From positions 342,922,001 through 342,986,000 of the forward strand of contig OZ024740.1 in the NCBI GenBank assembly GCA_964016885.1: DNA of 64,000 nt, given 5' to 3'. The position numbers and the translations under genes were made by a program. The DNA is from Eledone cirrhosa. Its lineage: Eukaryota. A model generated the notes under the pieces. It had not been told where the DNA came from and did not search any database. It saw only the letters and a list, made by a program, of their open reading frames with translations. Numbering within the stretch: position 1 is the stretch's first letter; the number at the start of each line of letters is the position of its first letter. Shown here piece by piece: positions 52,019 through 64,000 of the stretch.

Positions 52019-52770
52019 TGTCCCTGAAAAATGTATACACACTTTGATTACCTGTACAACCAATATACATATTAGAATGGTGTATACATTTTTCAGGACC
52101 CAGGTATATATATATATGGTTTCCCCGAAAAATGTATACACACTTTGAATACCTGTACAGGCAATATATATATTTGAATGGTATATACATATATGGTGTC
52201 CCCGAAAAATGTATACACCCTTTGATTACCTGTACCACCAATATATATATTAGAATGGTGTATACATTTTTCAGGACCCAGGTATATATATATATGGTTT
52301 CCCCGAAAAATGTATACACACTTTGAATACCTGTACAGGCAATATATATATTTGAATGGTATATACATATATGGTGTCCCCGAAAAATGTATACACCCTT
52401 TGATTACCTGTACCACCAATATATATATTAGAATGGTGTATACATTTTTCAGGACCCACGTATATATAGATATGGTTTCCCTGAAAAATGTATACACACT
52501 TTGATTACCTGTACAGGCAATATATATATTAGAATGGTGTATACATTTTTAGGGACCCTGGTATATATATATATATATGGTGTCCCCGAAAAATGTATAC
52601 ACACTTTGATTATCTGTACAGGCAATATATATATTAGAATGGTGTATACATTTTTAGGGACCCTGGTATATATATATATATATGGTGTCCCCGAAAAATG
52701 TATACACACTTTGATTATCTGTACCACCAATATATATATTAGAATGGTGTATACATTTTTAGGGACCCCG
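51167..52770. repeat. MITE-derived satellite, block 2 (~16 units)
   Basis: Same unit, including a 178-bp dimeric higher-order repeat at ~52090-52500. Confidence 0.95.
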
Positions 52771-52861
52771 TTTATCCTTCGCACTCACCCCTTCGTTCAC
52801 TCCACCCCGCCTCACACCCCCGCCCTCTCATCCCTCCCCCTGCTTTCACCCAACGCCCACC

Positions 52862-55619
52862 ATGCCCAACCTGAGATCCTTTCTCCACCAACTACATAAT
52901 CGCCTCAAACTTTTCCTCACCCCCCTCCTTCCACCCTGCTATCTCCCCTCCGCCCTTCAACTCTCCTACCTTCTCTTCGCCAAAACCCGGCACTCCAGCC
53001 ACATCCATTTCCTCAGCCACTGCCTCCGCCTCCACCTTATCACACTCGGCTTCCCTCTACACTTCCACCCTTCCCCCGCCGCTTCCCCCTCCACGCAACG
53101 TATCCTCACCCGATCCTCACGCCTCCTGATGCGCAACTCCATCCGCGCCTCCCGTTCCACCCTCCGCCAACTTGACCACCAACTGACTCCCACCCTCCTC
53201 CGCCTTAACTCCACCTGCCACCCCCTCCTCGCCCAAGCCATCCTCTCCTTCATCCACAACCTCAACCACAACCTCTTCTCGTTCCTCAGCTCCACCAAAG
53301 CCCGCAAGCTACACCCCCCCCCCCAATCCACCACCACCCGCCTATCCCCATACGCCCACCACTCCCCACCTCTCCCCCCGACCCCACCCCCACCCAAACT
53401 CCACCCCTCCCCACACCCTCCCTCCCCTCCCCAAACACCAAAACCCCACCCCTTGTTGTCACCATACCCCCTGACCTCCCCCCCTCCGCACCAGAGCGCT
53501 CACTCCTTAGAGGCCTTCGCTTCATACCCCACACTCCGCTCAGCGACGAGTTCCGCACCCGAACGGAAGTCGAGCGATTCGTGCGACGCACTAAGCTACA
53601 GGCACATTTCGGCCGAACGCCACCGGCTCTGGACGCCCCAGACCCGTTTCTCGCCCTGGGCCGACGACCATCTTCTTGGACGCCGGCCCCAGGGCAATTT
53701 AGCACCCTGGACGCCTTCGCCGATGCCAGCCGTAGCGCAGTAAATCGTTTCGACTTCCGCCACCGTTCCAAACGGTACAATATCTCACGGGGCGAACTCC
53801 TCGCTCTCCGCTCCCTCCGTAGCCGAGATGACATCGTCATCAAACCGGCGGACAAGGGAGGCGCCGTGGTGGTATGGCGCGCGGACCTCTACACGGCCGA
53901 AGCCCTCAGGCAGCTCTGTAACCCCCTCTTTTACCGCCCTCTACCCTCCGATCCCACCCCGCTCTACCAACAACAAGTCTCCTCCACCATCAAAGACCTT
54001 ATCGCCTCCTCCCTCCTCCCCCCCATCGCTTCCCACCTCATCGTCCGCACCCCCCGCACCCCCACCATCTACTTCCTCCCCAAACTCCACAAACCCGACA
54101 ACGCCGGCCACCCCATCGTCTCCGCTTGCAACTGCCCCACCGAACTCATCTCCGCCTTTCTCGACTCCCACCCCCCCTTGTCACCACCCTCCCCTCCCAC
54201 ATCTCTGACACCAACCACGCCCTGCGCCTTTTCGACTCCTTCACCTACCTACCCGGCCCTCAGCCATTCCTCTTCACCCTAGACATCAAGTCCCTCTGTA
54301 CCGTCATCCCCCACGCCGACGGCCTTCGCGCCCTCAAACACTACCTCGACCTTCGCCCCTCCCCCATTCCCTCCACCCCCACCTTCCTTCGCCTCGCCGA
54401 GCTGGTCCTCACCCTAAATTGTTTCTCTTTCTCGGGTGAGTTTTACCAACAGGTCACGGGGGTAGCCATGGGCACAAAAATGGGCCCGAACTATGCCAAC
54501 CTTTTTGTTGGCCATGTTGAGGCCCAAATCTTTGCCCAGTTCACCGGCCCCACGCCCGAACTGTACGGTCGTTACATTGACGACTGTATCGGAGCCACGA
54601 CCCTCACCCGAGTACAGCTCGACTCCTTTCTCTCCTTCTTCTGCTCCTTCCACCCCTTCCTCCACTTCACCACCTCTATCTCCACCACCCACGTCCACTT
54701 CTTGGACATCTCCGTCGCCTTCGACCCCTCCCACCACTCCCTCGTCACCTCCGCCTTCGTCAAACCCACCGACTCCCACTCTTACCTCGACTTCACCTCT
54801 TCCCACCCCACCCACACTAAACTCTCCATTCCCTACTCCCAACTTCTCAGGATCCGCCGCCTCTGTAGCCGAGATGCTGACTTCGAGTCCCAGGCCCTTT
54901 CCCTAGTCAGCCATTTCATCCGCAGAGGTTACCCCCCCTCTCTCGTCCACACCGCTCTCACCCGCGCCCGTGCTATCCCCCGCTCCACCACCCTCACCCC
55001 ACGCCACCGCACACCCACCCACCGTCTCCCCTTCCCCATCACCTACCACCCCTCCACCTTACCCCTCCACCGCACCATCCGCCGCCTCTTCCGACGCCTC
55101 CAGTCCGACCCCTCCACCTCCCACATCTTCCCAACCCCACCACTCCCCTCCTTCAAACGCGCACGCAATCTCCGCACCCTCCTCGTCCACAGCTCCCCCC
55201 CCGGTTCCTTCCCCTGTTCTAGGCCCCGCTGGAACACCTGTCCCCACATCACCAACACCACCACCTTCCAGGGTCCCAACGGCCACCCTCTCTCGGTCCG
55301 GCATACCTTCCGCTGCACCTCCTCCAACCTAGTCTACGGACTTCGTTGCATGGAGTGCAGCGCGACTTATGTCGGACAGACGGGACGTCGCCTGGCGGAC
55401 CGAGTCACGGAGCACCTCCGGGACATTCGTCTCGGGGGCAGTTCCCCCATCGCCCGCCACTTTGGTGGCCCTGGACACTACGCACGCCATCTCACAGTCT
55501 GTGGCCTACTCCAGTGCCACAGAACACCCGCCCATCGCCTTACGGTCGAACAACGTACTATCTTCATCTTACAGACCCACACTTCCCCCGGCCTGAACTC
55601 CCCACCCTTATTCCTTTAG
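52862..55619 (+). pseudogene. PLE reverse transcriptase plus GIY-YIG endonuclease (frameshifted)
   Basis: IKPADKGGAVV, LPKLHK, LDIKSL, GVAMGTKMGPNYANLF, RYIDD, FLDI, SSHP; Cys linker CSRPRWNTC; NLVYGLRCMECSATYVGQT..R..EH. Frameshifts lie in C-runs near 53300-53450 and 54170. Confidence 0.93.
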
Positions 55620-56095
55620 CGTTCGACCGCCCCCCTTCCCCCACACTTATCCCCCACTAACACCACTAACACACCCCTCCTTTTCACCGCCCACCCCACA
55701 CTAACAATACTAACACCTCCACACCACCCCTCATCTGACCACCCTTCCCCAACTAACATACTAACATCCCTTCCCTCCCCTCTTCTCCTCCTCCCCCTCC
55801 TTATCACACGCACACACGCACCCACTTACACCACCCACCCCACACGCAACTAACATCACTAACACCCTCCAACCCCACGCACACGTACCCACACACCCTC
55901 GTACACCACCAACTCTACACACCCTACCCCCACTCACACCTACATTCCACCCCTCCCCACCTTCCGTATACTAACACCCACTAACACCTCTTCACCAAAC
56001 TAAACACACACCAGTACACCACACTCCCTCCATAGAACCACACACACCCTTCTCTCCCCGCTCCACACTCACTCATCCCACTAACACCCCTACTA

Positions 56096-56149
<54 letters not shown>

Positions 56150-56985
56150 CCTCACTCCAACTCTCACACCTACCCATCCTCGCCTCCCTACCATTCCGCC
56201 GACTGCTGCTATGCCCTTCCGACCACTGTCTCAGCACCAACTGACCACAGCACTTCCACTGCTGACCACTTCCTGTTGCGCGCGCACCCCACATCTCTCC
56301 TCTTCCGAACACCGCTTCTTGGATTACCCACACGCGTTATTGACTTCCAACCAAAATCTCCATACATCCGTGTAACTTACCACTTTTCAACCATCCTCTT
56401 ACACCACCACCTATATAACTCACCCACACACACACCCCCCAAATTTTTTTTTTATCCACACGCCACCCACACCCACAATACGCTTAAACCACACACACGT
56501 GCTTCCCACCACATATTTACACCCTCAGCACCCTGATTCCTCTCCCCCCACCCCCTATCCACACACGCACAGACCCTCCGACCCACAAAAACACCCCCCA
56601 CACACACCTTCCTGAACATGCAACCCCGTTCTTCCCCCAACCCTCACTTTCACATACACACACACACACACACACGCACACCTAACCACACTCACCACCT
56701 TCAGCCCTCCCCGCTCGGACACCCCGTCTCCCTCTCCCCACTCCACCCGCCACCACCTCTACTCACCCCACACCCTTCCACCACCTGTTTACCCCCCTTT
56801 TAATTTCAGTTTATTTTGATCATGCCTTTATTTTTAAATTTTCTCATTCCTTGTATTTTGATCATGCTTTATTTTTATTTATTATTTATTATATTTTTGT
56901 CTTTATTTGTTAATTTTTCATTCGCACCGTTTCCTTTCGTTATATGTCTCTCCACCACTCCCCTACACACCTTTTGAACTCTCAC

Positions 56986-57016
56986 CTGAAGAAGGGCTTA
57001 TGCCCGAAACGTCGTC
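56986..57016 (+). ncRNA. Minimal PLE-type hammerhead ribozyme motif
   Basis: CUGAAGA A GGGC UUAU GCCC GAAA C GUC G UC. Stem I is not evident. Confidence 0.6.
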
Positions 57017-57101
57017 CCCCACCTACCCCCCACTCTCCTGAGCGTGAATTTAATAAACATTTATCGTACTGCCTCTCTGTTCTGTCCCTGTTCAATTTTT
57101 C

Positions 57102-57103
<2 letters not shown>

Positions 57104-57178
<75 letters not shown>

Positions 57179-57263
57179 TGTCCCCGAAAAATGTATACAC
57201 ACTTTGATTATCTGTACAGGCAATATATATATTAGAATGGTGTATACATTTTTAGGGACCCCG

Positions 57264-57304
<41 letters not shown>

Positions 57305-57758
57305 GTGTCCCGGAAAAATGTAAACACACTTTGATTACCTGTACAACCAATATATATATTAGAATGGTGTATACATTTTTAGGGACCCCGGTATATATAT
57401 ATATATATGGTGTCCCCGAGAAATGTATACACACTTTGATTATCTGTACAGGCAATATATATATTAGAATGGTGTATACATATTTAGGGAGCCCGGTATA
57501 TATATATGGTGTCCCCGAAAAATGTATACACACTTTGATTACCGGTACAGGCAATATATATATTAGAATGGTGTATACATTTTTAGGGACACCGGTATAT
57601 TTATATATATATGGTGTCCCGGAAAAATGTATACACACTTTGATTACCTGTACAGGCAATATATATATTAGAATGGTGTATACATTTTTAGGGACACGGG
57701 TATATTTATATATATATGGTGTCCCGGAAAAATGTATACACACTTTGATTACCTGTAC
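57104..57758. repeat. MITE-derived satellite, block 3 (~6 units)
   Basis: Same unit; ends mid-unit at cctgtac. Confidence 0.95.
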
Positions 57759-58554
57759 TAGACTACTCGTATTATTACCATTAGAAAATACTTCATAAAC
57801 ATATATATTTTGATGTTAGTTTCTTTTCTTCCTTAAACTCTATTTTCTTTGCTTTCTGCGCTCATTTGTAAATGAATAATAATAATTCTTAGGGTTATAA
57901 AAACCCTAGAAAGTGCTATTTTCATCATTTCTAAAAATAGCAAATCAATTGAAGCTTTGAATAGGGCCAAATGGAAGTCGTTAGACATGCCCAACCAACC
58001 GTGATGCCTAAACCAATCAGCTTCAGTAATCCAGTGAAACTATACATCGAAATACAGTTTGCAAAATTTAGCATTCTGTAGCCGCTTTTCACTGTATATA
58101 AGGCACAGAATTTACCCATCTCATTACAGTTGAAAATTGTAAACTTGACTGTCACCACAGAATAGGAACCTGAAGATTGGGAAAGCATGAAATTACTTGT
58201 TCAATTAACACTTAACACTTAATATTCTACCATACTATTTCATTCTAATACCATGATAATTTTAAAGGATTGTAAATAAAACGAGTAAATCAGACAAAGT
58301 TGGAATTCCTTTTATTAATATAATCTTCTATACACAATCATACACACCCGTGTATATTTATTTATATATATATGTATATATATATATAGCTTTTAAGCTA
58401 TTTTGTAGTATCTCTGTTCAGATTTATCTCCCTGGAGCTTTGTAAAAGTCTGAGCGATTGGCTACATATATGTTTTATATATATATTTTTTTGTTTAGAT
58501 GGAAGACAAAACAAAGAAGATGAATACAAAGATGAAGAAGATAAAGATGAAGAA

Positions 58555-58795
58555 CCTCACTGCATCGCACTGCAAAATACCGCACTGCACAACACCACAC
58601 TGCACCGCACCGCCCTGCACCACATCGCAGTGCACCGCACCACACCACATAAAAACATACAACACTACACCACACTACTCCACACCACATAACACAACAC
58701 AACACACCACACTACATCACACCACATAAATACACATCACACTACTCCACTCCACATAAAAACACACCACACTACTCCATACCACATAACACCCA
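58555..58795. repeat. Degenerate (CACAC/CACAT)n pentamer tracts (also 59803-60030 and 61280-61480)
   Basis: Directly visible. Confidence 0.8.
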
Positions 58796-58800
58796 AACAT

Positions 58801-59800
58801 TTTTCCTCATCTTTTTTTCATGTGTTATCAACTAATCTGATCTCCAAGATGTTTGTTATTGACTCTCTTCATGGAAAACTTAGGTGGATGCACTTCTCTC
58901 ATTTAACCCCAGAGTTTTCTCTAAGATTTTTCGTATGTTATCAACGAATATGACCTCCAAACCAGTTGGAAATGATTAGTTGTTCTAGGAAAAAGGAGGG
59001 GTAAAGCGGCTGGAAAAACCATTGTCGTTTTGTAGATATATACCCTAATGATTTTTCTTCGGTCTCCTTTTGAGTGCTATCAACTAATCTGACCTTTTAG
59101 TTGCTCTGAATAAATTTTTTTTCCTGGGATTTGGAAACTAAAACTAAATTAAACATAAAATTAAATCTAGCCCCAACCCTAAACTCTAAATCTAAACCAA
59201 ACCAAGCTAAATCTAAATATAAACATTACCCCAACCCTAAACTTTACCCCAAACCTAAAACTAAACCCTAAACTTTACCCCAACCATAAAACTAAACCCT
59301 AAACATTACCCCAGCCCTAAAACTAAATCCTAAACTTTACCCCAAACCTAAAACTAAACCCTAAACTTTACCCCAATCCTAAAACTAAATCCTAAACTTT
59401 ACCCCAACCCTAAAACTAAACCCTAAACATTACCCCAACCCTAAACCTAACCCAGGGAAATAAGTTGATTGGAAGCATCTAGGAGGTCAGATTAATTAAT
59501 AGCACAGGAAATACCGAAAATGATTAAGTCCAACAACATGTGAGTGGGGTGTAGATCTGCAAAACTCTTCCCCTCTCCCTCTCCTCTTTCTCCAAAGCTA
59601 GTTGTTTTTGACTGGTTTGGAAGTCATATTCACTGATAACACATGAAAATAGAATCAAAGAGAAAATTCCGAGTAAGCAGGGGTTATCCGGGTGAAGGGG
59701 GAACCACCTCACCCCGCCGTTTTCCTGGGGGGAAAAAGTCAGTTTCAAGCATCTTGGAGATTGGATTAGTTGATAGCACAAGAAAAATAGGATGAAAAAA
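58801..59800. mobile_element. Foldback/MITE-like element with a central telomere-like 29-bp minisatellite
   Basis: ~55-bp imperfect terminal inverted repeats (gtgttatcaactaatctgatctccaagatg / catcttggagattggattagttgatagcac) and internal copies of the same module. ccctaaaactaaaccctaaactttacccc repeats at ~59140-59455. Confidence 0.6.
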
Positions 59801-61020
59801 TTTCACATCACATCACACCACATCAAATCACTCCGCACGCCATCACACCACACCCCATCACACCACACCCCATCACACCACACCCCATCGTACCACACCC
59901 CATCTCACCACATCACATCACATCACACCACACCACATCAGACCACATCACATCTCACCACACCACATCACACCATATCACATCACATCACATCACACAT
60001 CTCATCACATATCTCATCTCGCCTAGCCTCGCCTTGCCTCATTTCTAACAAATAATCGAAGTGGAAATTTAAATCCTCACTTATAACAATGCACACCACA
60101 GCACATTAATCTACCCCAATCCACACCATAAATTCACCATAACCATACTTGACTATATGGTAAATTTATTACAGAACACCTACTCCTACCATTTACAAGG
60201 ATCTGAGTAAGTAAACACTTCATTGACCATCGTTTTAAGCAGAATCTCAGTGTAGTTTTAAATTGATATTTTCAGATTATTACACCTCAGTCTTAACTTA
60301 ATCACCTGTAGATGGATGCTGCATGTAATGTTAACATTAGTTAAACACTGTTTCCCCCTTCTCATCACATGTGGATGCTACATGTGTATTAACATTAATC
60401 TAACGTTGTCCCCCCTCCCGCCTCACCATATCATACCACACCACATCACACCATGTTGTACCACACCAGACCACATAACATCATGCTATACCATATATAT
60501 ATATATGAGCTCCCCACTCGTTATATTAACTGTATCTCCTCGGTGTTTCGTGAAAGTCTGAGTGATCAGCTATATATTTGTTTACAATTTATTTTAATAT
60601 TTAGATGGAAAAGAAAAAAAAGACAACGAAGCAGACGACTAAAATGAAAATGACAACAAAGACAAAGAAGACACGAGAAACGAAGATGACGAAAAGAAGA
60701 AGAAAGTATGATCTCAGTTCAGTCTAAACCTAATGATTTATAGATATGATCTTAGTTCAGTCTTAACCTAATGACCTGTAGATACAATCTATTTAGGTTT
60801 AACTTAAACATTCAAAGATATTTGTATATACTTTTGTTGATGTTTGACATTGTTTTTTAGTTATGAAATAGCTTATAAGCTACAGTATAGGATCACAGTG
60901 CATGAGCACACTGCTCTTTAAATTAACTTTATCTCCTCAGCACTTTGTAAAGTCTGAGAGATAGGCAACATATATGTTTTACATTCTTTGTTTTTGGTAT
61001 TTAGATGGCAGAGGAGAAGA

Positions 61021-61200
61021 TAAAGGCACAGAAGAAGTCAAAGGCACAGAAGCAGTCAAAGGCACAGAAGAAGTCAAAGGCACAGAAGAAAACAAAGGCA
61101 CAGAAGAAGTCAAAGGCACAGAATAAGTCAAAGGCACAGAAGAAGTCAAAGGCACAGAAGAAGTCAAAGGCACAGAAGAAAACAAAGGCACAGAAGAAGC
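61021..61200 (+). repeat. 18-bp minisatellite (aaaggcacagaagaagtc) x ~10
   Basis: Directly visible. Confidence 0.92.
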
Positions 61201-61519
61201 CAAAGAAAATGAACAAGAACAATTATTATTACTATTATTATTGTTATTATTATTTGTATTATTATAATCAAACTAAGCCACACTACATCAACCTATACCA
61301 TACCACACCACACTGACAAACATTAAACCATAGCACATTATCCAACACCACACTACGAAACACTGTACGACCTCACATCAGACCATGCTATGAAACAATG
61401 TACCATACTACACTATACAACAATAGACAACACCACACAAGACCATGAAACACTATACTTTACCACACTATATCACACCACTCAAGTTAGAGAGGATCAA
61501 CTTTTTTCCTGGAAAGTAG

Positions 61520-64000
61520 AAAACCTAACTTTAAGCTAAAACCGAACTTTAAAAATAACACTTACCCTAACACTTGCACTCACACATGCTCTAACACTTG
61601 CACTCACACATGCTCTAACAGTGAACTTAGCGCTAACATGAAAACTAACGACAAACATAAAATCTGAAAACTAACATTAAATAGAAAACTAACCTGAACA
61701 CTAACACTAAAACTGACACTAACACTAACCTGAACACCAGCACTAAAACTAACACTACCGTAAACACTAACACAAACCTGTGACACTTACACTAAAACTA
61801 ACATTAGCACAAACATTAGCCTGAACACTAGCATTAAAACTAACACTACCATAAACACTAACACTGACCTGAGCAGTAACACTAAAAGTAACACTAACAA
61901 AAACATTAATCTGAAAACTGATACTAACACAAATATTAACACAAAAAAAAACGCTAACACAATCTCTAACACTAACCTCAACACTAACACTAAAACTAAC
62001 ATTAACTTGAACACTAACTCTAACCTGAAAACTAAGCTAACATTAACCTGAACACTAACATAAACACTAATGCTAACACTAACAGAAATACTAATGCTAA
62101 CATTAACGCTAACCTTAACACAAAAACAAAGACTAACGCTAACACAATCACTAACACTAATGGAAACATCAAACACTAATGCTAACAGAGATACTAACAC
62201 AAATATTAACACAAAAACAAATACTAACACTAACACAATCTCTAACACTAACCAAAACACTAAAACTAACACTAACATTAACTTGAACACTAACACTAAC
62301 CTGAACACTTACACTAAAACTAACACTAACAGAGATACTAACACAAATATTAACACAAAAACAAACACTAACACAATCTCTAACACTAAAACTAACATTA
62401 ACTTGAACACTAACACTAACCTTAACACTAAGCTAACATTAACCTGAACACTAACACAAACACTCATGCTAACACTAACAGAAATACTAATGCTAACATT
62501 AACACAAAAACAAAGACTAACGCTAACACAATCACTAACACTAATGGAAACATCAATCACTGATGCTAACAGAGATACTAACACAAATATTAACACAAAA
62601 ACAAACACTAACACAATCTCTAACACTAACCTTAACACTAAAACTAACATTAACACTAACATAACTTGAACACTAACACTAACCTGAACACTTACACTAA
62701 AACTAACATTAACCTAAACACTAGCACTAAAACTAACACTACCATAAACAGTAACACAAACATTAACACTGATCTGAGCACTAACTAACACTAACACTAT
62801 CATAAAAACTAACACAAAAAAAAAACACTAACACTAACCTGAACATTAACACTCAAACTAACACGAAAACTGATACTAACCAGAAAACTAAGCTAACATT
62901 AACCGCAACACTAAAACAAACACTAACATTAACAGAAAAACAAAGACTAGCACTAACACTAATGGAAACACTAACCAAACATTAACACAAAATAAAACAC
63001 TAACACTAATGGAAAAAATAACACTAACACTAAAACCAACACTACCGTAAACACTAACACTAAAACTGACATTAACACGAACATTAAACTGAACACTAAC
63101 ACAAACACTAACACTAACCTGAACACTAACACTAACAAAAATGCTAACACTAATACAAAATCAAACACTAACACGAACACTAATGGAAAGACTAACACCA
63201 ACGCTGACACTGACGAAGATGGCTATGCTGGCACAAACGCTAGCGCAAATGTTGACACAATCGCTTACGCTGACACAAACACTAACGTGAATACTGATGC
63301 AGGTGCAAAGGCGAATGCCGACAAAGACTCTGACACGCACACTGATGTAAATGCTACACAGACTCTAACGCTGATGTGGACACTGACACAAATGCTCACG
63401 CTGATGCAAACACAAAAGCAAATGCAGACACTAATGCAAACACAGACGCAAATGTTGGTGCAGATGTTAAAGCAAACGCAAATGCTGACGCAAATGATGA
63501 CAGCGATGCTAATGTGAACCTTAACGCAGACGTAAACATTGACGTAGAAGCTAAAGGAAACACTGATGCAAACACTAATGAAAATGCTGACACAGACGCT
63601 AACACAGACGCTAACACACGTTAACACAGATGCTAACGTAAACACTGACACAGATGCTAATATAAACACTGACGCAGACGCTAACATAAACGCTGACACA
63701 GATGCTAACACACGTTGAAACAGACACTAACGTAAACGATGACGCAGACGCTAATGTAAACAATGACGTAGAAGCTAACGTAAACGCTGACACAGACGCA
63801 AATGTAAACGCTGACGCTGATGTAGATGTAAATACAGACGCTGAAACAGATACTGACGTAGAAGCTAACACAAATGCTGACACAGACACTAATGTAAGCG
63901 CTGACGTAGAAGCTAATGTAGATGCTGACGTAGAAGCTAACGCAAACGATGATGTAGATGTTAACGTAGACGCTGATGTAGAAGCTAACGTAGACGCTGA
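61520..64000. repeat. Degenerate hexamer-based low-complexity tract, (AACACT)n grading into (GACGCT)n
   Basis: 6-bp periodicity with internal block duplications at ~61900-62700. Confidence 0.85.

Larger units (their letters stand above)
52772..57103 (+). mobile_element. Neptune-type Penelope-like element inserted at the (TA)n spacer of a satellite unit
   Basis: RT plus GIY-YIG ORF, a long C/A-rich 3' region, a minimal hammerhead motif and a 3' end abutting (TA)n. Confidence 0.9.

Noticed and set aside
45361-57758. CRISPR-like array of palindromic repeats
   Set aside because: The spacers are only (TA)n rather than unique sequences, units are ~85 bp, no cas genes are present, and the context is eukaryotic.
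45346-57798. Many ORFs such as [13 protein letters not shown]
   Set aside because: These are translations of the satellite on both strands with no coding signal.
59140-59455. True telomere or interstitial (TTAGGG)n array
   Set aside because: There is no perfect hexamer run; it is a 29-bp unit enclosed by inverted repeats.
61787-63889. Hydrophobic LV-rich and TN-rich ORFs
   Set aside because: Artefacts of hexamer periodicity, open in several frames on both strands.

Overview
AT-rich eukaryotic genomic DNA. Its SINE families and dense (TA)n/(CA)n microsatellites suggest an octopus or other coleoid cephalopod (inference). One host gene is supported: a three-exon TMEM64 (SNARE-associated/VTT/DedA family) on the minus strand. 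Its CDS exons are 36285-35638, 11953-11792 and 9677-9435 (350 aa, two phase-0 GT-AG introns), and exon 2 is missing from the ORF track. Most other recognisable sequence is transposon-derived: a full-length hAT/Buster element, a near-intact RTE LINE, a CR1 LINE, Neptune- and Naiad-type Penelope-like elements (PLEs), R4 and CRE remnants, a Helitron end, many tRNA-derived SINEs, and piggyBac, hAT and mariner MITEs. Four things stand out. (1) A ~100-bp satellite built from a Tc1/mariner-type MITE has been split by an RTE and a PLE. (2) Several hammerhead-ribozyme folds lie on the sense strand of the TMEM64 pre-mRNA, one with all three stems. (3) A double long-hairpin sits upstream of the CR1. (4) A triplicated splice-acceptor/charged-exon module lies next to a drifting hexamer tract at the right end. 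All family names come from motif recognition by eye, not database searches.
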